From: a virus
DNA: 11,347 nucleotides
Virus genome (UHGV): UHGV-1347074
Strand: one strand, 5' to 3'
The position numbers were made by a program, and so were the translations under genes. The notes beneath the pieces were generated by a model that was given only the letters and a program-made list of their open reading frames with translations, had not been told where the DNA came from and did no database searches. Each line of letters starts with the position of its first letter. Positions within the stretch are counted from its first letter, which is position 1. Of the stretch, positions 7,999 to 11,347 are shown one piece after another.

Positions 7999-8227
7999 CG
8001 CGCATCTCTCCCTTAATTGTGCTGGTTTCCTTAACAACGCCATCAAGTTGTTCGGCAATACAGGCCACTAAAGCCGCAGCGCCTTCCGCTGAAACAGTTC
8101 TCGCTCCATTCACTGTGGGAACGGACAGGACCTCTGCAAGAAACTCACTGGCCAGTGCCGCCCGTAACAGACGACTCTCACCCAGTTCGCTCAATATGCA
8201 GCCTTGCTTAAAATTCATGGATTTCAT
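7991..8227 (-). CDS. Hypothetical small protein (78 aa)
   Basis: ATG at 8227 preceded by GGAGGTG with a 5-nt spacer; overlaps the upstream gene stop (ATGA) and the downstream gene start. No recognisable motif. Confidence 0.6.
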   Translation of the reverse strand: MKSMNFKQGCILSELGESRLLRAALASEFLAEVLSVPTVNGARTVSAEGAAALVACIAEQLDGVVKETSTIKGEMRDE

Positions 8228-8427
8228 GCAACCACCTCCCCGGCACTTTTCACAGGGATGTGGGCAGCAAAGCTCAGGATAAATTCAGTGGCAAGTTTAA
8301 GGCGTGCAGCATGCTCGCAGTCTGCGATTACACGCACAGGACGTGGACGGGCATCACGGTCTGTACGGCGAACAGCCAGAAAGACAAAGATAAATTCAGG
8401 GTGAGATAAAGCAGGGACTGTAGCCAT
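8224..8427 (-). CDS. Hypothetical small protein (67 aa), first ORF of the replication operon (positionally analogous to P4 kil, function unknown)
   Basis: ATG at 8427 preceded by GGAGG with an 8-nt spacer. The ORF track extends this frame to 8814 (196 aa), but that extension crosses a repeat- and hairpin-rich leader and looks non-coding. Confidence 0.5.
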   Translation of the reverse strand: MATVPALSHPEFIFVFLAVRRTDRDARPRPVRVIADCEHAARLKLATEFILSFAAHIPVKSAGEVVA

Positions 8428-8429
8428 AA

Positions 8430-8725
8430 TGGCAACCTCCGTTAGATAGCGGGTAACGCTACCACCGGAGTTCCTACGCTCATGGGTGGTAGCCCAGACG
8501 GGGGTAGGAATACCGGCTCTAACGGATACCGGCCAGCCCGAAAGCTGCCCCGCCTGGACTACCATAATTCTGATGATGTGGCGTAAAAAATAAAAACATG
8601 CAGTCAGCCACCACACCATAAATTTTAGGTGAGTCAAAGCTACGACACAAAAAAACACGCCTGGCGCGTGTTGTGTCGCCGTTAGATTACACGGGTTCCT
8701 ACGCCCGGCTGCCGATTTTGCGGCA
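8430..8725 (-). ncRNA. Candidate structured leader / immunity RNA region (P4 CI-RNA-like; Rfam C4-type), boundaries approximate
   Basis: Direct repeats CCGTTAGAT...GTTCCTACGC at 8439-8479 and 8679-8708. An internal segment (8499-8516, containing GTAGGAA) is largely complementary to both copies. Strong hairpins at 8458-8466/8485-8493 and 8643-8678. Confidence 0.3.
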
Positions 8726-8733
8726 ACCTTTAA

Positions 8734-8763
8734 ACTATATCCCGCGCATTCCTGGTGAGGCAA
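8734..8763 (-). promoter_or_regulatory. Candidate sigma70 promoter for the leader and replication operon
   Basis: On the - strand, TTGCCT (-35; + strand 8758-8763), an 18-bp spacer, then TATAGT (-10; + strand 8734-8739). Predicted start near 8726, just upstream of the first repeat copy. Confidence 0.3.
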
Positions 8764-8866
8764 GAAATTTATAACCGAAAACTGAACATTGCCTGGATTA
8801 ATTAACGCTGGCATGCTTAAGCCTCTGCTTAAAAATAGTTCTTCATTTTTCCTGATGCTGTAAACG

Positions 8867-8888
8867 AGACCCGCCTCTGAGCGGGTCT
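8867..8888 (-). terminator. Candidate terminator hairpin downstream of the capsid-homolog gene
   Basis: Stem agacccgc/gcgggtct with a 6-nt loop, 14 nt past the stop at 8902. The U-tract on the - strand is weak (CGUUUACAG). Confidence 0.3.
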
Positions 8889-8901
8889 TTCTGTCGCGAA
8901 G

Positions 8902-9906
8902 TCAATCAGCAAACGTCAGGGCGCTCTCATCAACAGCCGCGTACAGTTCAGGTTCACCGAGTGCATAGCCTTCATTGCGCAGGTAGGAATGTACGTATTC
9001 ACTGTTTTCATCATCAAACTCAGCACGAAACCACCGTGTTATCGCCTGAGTGTAAATATGCAGATTATTCAGCGTCGTTACTGCCAGACGCTTACCCGGC
9101 ATAAACGGGGGAATAAACGCAAAGCGGCCAGCAACAGAACTTGTAGCCATCTGTGCAGCATTCACATCAGCCGGGCGGTCTGCGGCATTAAATAACTTCA
9201 GGCGTTGATGTGCTGCCAGCTCTGCCCCAACCAGAACAACCAGACGGGGATCTTCACGAAACTGCTCAGCAATAAGCTCAGTAATCAGATGGTTGGCCAT
9301 CGCATCAATATTTTTCCAGGTGCCAGTCTCTCCCAGCGTGACAGGCTCAGAGATGATTTGCTTTCCGTTCCCGTAGGCTTTCGCCAGTGCATGCCAGCCA
9401 ATATTGACATCCTCGCCTTTTTTATTGATTTCCGGGTTTGTAGTATTTGCAATCGACACACCATTGAAACCGACCCGCAGCATGTCCAGCGCATATGCCT
9501 GGGCAAAAAAGCTCTCAACCGTTTTCTCAAACCCATCCGGCACGCCGGTATGGTAAATATGAGACATATCGGAATAGCTGATCCGGGCGCAGGTATCCGT
9601 CTCTGTCAGAAAGAACTCCGTACCATTGATTGCCATTTTTTTGTGGAAACGGCCACCATCCACACGTCCGGTATGCAGTTCACTGGCACCAATATTGACT
9701 GCATTACCTGACACGGCGTTAACATCACGTAGCGTGATATTTTTAATAAGCCACCCGGATTCCAGAATTGACGTACGCAGTATATTTTCAGTGGGTTCGC
9801 TTAATGCAAAGCGTCTTTTTGATTCCTCCTGATAGTTAGTGCCAGTAACGAATTTATTATGATAACGACGTGCTGCGTCCGGCCTTTCAGTTTTGAAGGC
9901 ATACAT
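8902..9906 (-). CDS. P2 GpN-like major capsid protein homolog (334 aa)
   Basis: Several blocks align by eye with P2 gpN as recalled from memory: GFNGV, DV.(I/V)GW, EDPRLVVLVGAELAA (vs EDPDLVVIVGRQLLA) and TTLNNLHIY (vs TKLENLSIY). ATG at 9906 preceded by GGTGA. Confidence 0.7.
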   Translation of the reverse strand: MYAFKTERPDAARRYHNKFVTGTNYQEESKRRFALSEPTENILRTSILESGWLIKNITLRDVNAVSGNAVNIGASELHTGRVDGGRFHKKMAINGTEFFLTETDTCARISYSDMSHIYHTGVPDGFEKTVESFFAQAYALDMLRVGFNGVSIANTTNPEINKKGEDVNIGWHALAKAYGNGKQIISEPVTLGETGTWKNIDAMANHLITELIAEQFREDPRLVVLVGAELAAHQRLKLFNAADRPADVNAAQMATSSVAGRFAFIPPFMPGKRLAVTTLNNLHIYTQAITRWFRAEFDDENSEYVHSYLRNEGYALGEPELYAAVDESALTFAD

Positions 9907-9929
9907 AGTTTTTTCACCTTTTTTAGTAT

Positions 9930-10790
9930 TTAAGAAAAGATTTTATTTTTGTACTCAGTAACCCGATTGTATTTCATTACATGCTCAACATAATCCCGGT
10001 CACTTACGACTGAACGTAATACATAATTATCTGCTCGATAGTACTCCCTGTAAGCCATAGCTCTTGCCATTCCACCGTTATTTAATACATAACGATCAGT
10101 TGGAACGCTACAACGGCTAATAATTTCATTCACGGAATCAGACAAAGATTTGAGTGCGTCTGTAATAAATTTAATATCACGGACAACGTCACCGTCATTA
10201 AATACAGAAATAAAATCAGCAGGGATCTGGCCGGATTGAGGAAATATGTTCAGTAAACGCTTCTCGACTCCCTTACCAATGTAGTTCACTTCATCGGCCA
10301 GTACGCCCGGTAAAAGCTTGATCGTGCTCAGTCGGCTATGTTGCTCATTCAGCCGGGAAACAGCCAGATGGTAACACCGTTCAGCATCCGCTCGTTCAGC
10401 ATGCCCCGTTTTATTCGTTTTGGCTTCAGCAATGCTACTGACGCCGTTTTTTGAGAATGTGCTTTTCCATGCAACTTCCGCATTTGTCACTTCACGCTGC
10501 CGGAAAGATAACTCTTCCTCTTCCTGACGACACAACTGGGCATAACGGCTTAGGAGCAGGTTGATCTCATTCGCCACAGCTTCCGTATCAGGTACTGTTA
10601 ACCCCGTAAGTGAATACAGCTTTTCACCTTTAGCACGCAGCTTATTCAGTGAATAGATTTCGATAATACGCACAATACAGGCTGTGTCGCTATGAGTTTC
10701 TTTAAATGGTCTTACTTTGTAACTATCTAACACCGACACATGTTCGTTCTTAATTGATGCCAATTTTTTCTTAAAAACATTGTCAACCAT
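9930..10790 (-). CDS. Hypothetical protein (286 aa), immediately upstream of and co-oriented with the capsid homolog
   Basis: ATG at 10790 preceded by GAGGTG; 23-nt gap to the capsid gene. Lower G+C than the flanking capsid and primase genes. No motif recognised; not similar by eye to P2 gpO. Confidence 0.8.
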   Translation of the reverse strand: MVDNVFKKKLASIKNEHVSVLDSYKVRPFKETHSDTACIVRIIEIYSLNKLRAKGEKLYSLTGLTVPDTEAVANEINLLLSRYAQLCRQEEEELSFRQREVTNAEVAWKSTFSKNGVSSIAEAKTNKTGHAERADAERCYHLAVSRLNEQHSRLSTIKLLPGVLADEVNYIGKGVEKRLLNIFPQSGQIPADFISVFNDGDVVRDIKFITDALKSLSDSVNEIISRCSVPTDRYVLNNGGMARAMAYREYYRADNYVLRSVVSDRDYVEHVMKYNRVTEYKNKIFS

Positions 10791-10807
10791 ATATTTGCCA
10801 CCTCAAT

Positions 10808-11035
10808 TTAGGAGTTTAATTTTCTATTGAGAATATTCTTCTCTATCCATTCATTAACTTCATGCTCCACCCATGCAACAGAACGAGAACCGATAGAAAC
10901 TTGGTTCGGAAATTCATCATTCTTTATCTTTAGATAAATTGTTGACTTGGGTAAGCCAGTCAAATTAATCACTTCTGATATTCTCAGAAGTCTATATCTT
11001 TTTTGGGGTGCGTTTTCCCGAGGCAATAAGCTCAT
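10808..11035 (-). CDS. alpA: AlpA-family prophage regulatory protein (HTH; excisionase/transcriptional regulator-like), about 75 aa
   Basis: Pattern RLLRISEVINLTGLPKSTIY ... FP ... G.RSVAWVEHEVNEWI matches the AlpA family. ATG at 11035 preceded by GAAGGA; the ORF-track start at 11050 is a GTG five codons upstream. Confidence 0.8.
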   Translation of the reverse strand: MSLLPRENAPQKRYRLLRISEVINLTGLPKSTIYLKIKNDEFPNQVSIGSRSVAWVEHEVNEWIEKNILNRKLNS

Positions 11036-11145
11036 GGCTATGTCCTTCACATTAGATATTTATACTAAGACTTAATTAGTCTCTATTGGGTGTATATATA
11101 CTTGCACAGAAGAATTAATACGTAAAGAATGACACTTTCAAACTT

Positions 11146-11162
11146 ATTCAAATAATTTGAAT
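11146..11162. promoter_or_regulatory. 17-bp palindrome (candidate operator) in the AT-rich region upstream of alpA
   Basis: ATTCAAAT-A-ATTTGAAT, perfect 8-bp arms around a central base, followed by tandem 13-bp near-repeats AATAATGGTGAAT / AATAATAGTGAAT. Confidence 0.25.
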
Positions 11163-11290
11163 GGTAAATAATGGTGAATAATAGTGAATGTTAGGGAATA
11201 TTACTGAGTGACAATCTTTGCCAGTGCTTGTTAATCGCTGATAACGATGAAATTTGATGAACAAAATATGTAACAATTTGTAAATTAAAA

Positions 11291-11325
11291 GGCTGGGCTG
11301 GGCTGGGCTGGGCTGGGCTGGGCTT
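11291..11325. repeat. Pentanucleotide simple-sequence repeat (GGCTG)6 plus one imperfect unit
   Basis: Six perfect tandem GGCTG units at 11291-11320 followed by GGCTT; read directly from the sequence. Confidence 0.9.
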
Positions 11326-11347
11326 GCCCGGGAGACAGAATGTGGAG

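Larger units (their letters stand above)
58..11347. mobile_element. P4-like phage satellite / integrative island inserted at the 3' end of tRNA-Arg; left junction near the tRNA, right end outside the window
   Basis: Integrase directly downstream of a tRNA, then Ogr/Delta-family activator, iterons, alpha-type primase-helicase, AlpA-family regulator and a P2-type capsid homolog. Strong G+C heterogeneity between modules. No second copy of the tRNA 3' end is found in the window, so attR is not in view. Confidence 0.75.

Noticed and set aside
8428-8814. N-terminal 129 codons of the 196-aa ORF (8224-8814, - strand)
   Set aside because: The extension crosses a repeat- and hairpin-rich leader and translates to an implausible sequence, while a strong GGAGG RBS precedes the internal ATG at 8427. 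Treated as non-coding leader, not as protein.
8989-9832. ORFs of 68-168 aa on both strands inside the capsid-homolog gene
   Set aside because: Embedded in or antisense to a well-supported CDS; no RBS support and low-complexity translations.
9930-10790. Identification of the 286-aa protein as a P2 gpO-like scaffold/protease
   Set aside because: Size and position upstream of the capsid homolog are suggestive, but no sequence similarity to gpO (as recalled) is visible by eye; left as hypothetical.

Overview
This window is the tRNA-proximal arm of a P4-like phage-satellite / integrative island inserted next to a tRNA-Arg(CCU) gene; its far end lies outside the window. In order it holds: the 3' end of the tRNA (1-57); a P4-family tyrosine integrase (+ strand); a markedly AT-rich cassette on the - strand encoding a retron-type reverse transcriptase translationally coupled to a two-transmembrane-helix protein, with a structured non-coding region upstream of the RT (candidate msr/msd); an Ogr/Delta-family zinc-finger late-gene activator; a dense iteron cluster; a large alpha-type primase-helicase preceded by three small overlapping genes; a leader region with repeated and mutually complementary motifs reminiscent of P4 CI-RNA immunity; a P2 GpN-like major capsid homolog with an uncharacterised 286-aa partner; an AlpA-family regulator; and a (GGCTG)n pentanucleotide repeat at the window edge. 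The most interesting items are the retron-like RT + membrane-protein pair in the integrase-proximal hotspot and the satellite-encoded capsid homolog. All functional calls rest on motif-level reading of the translations and on memory of reference sequences; no searches were run.
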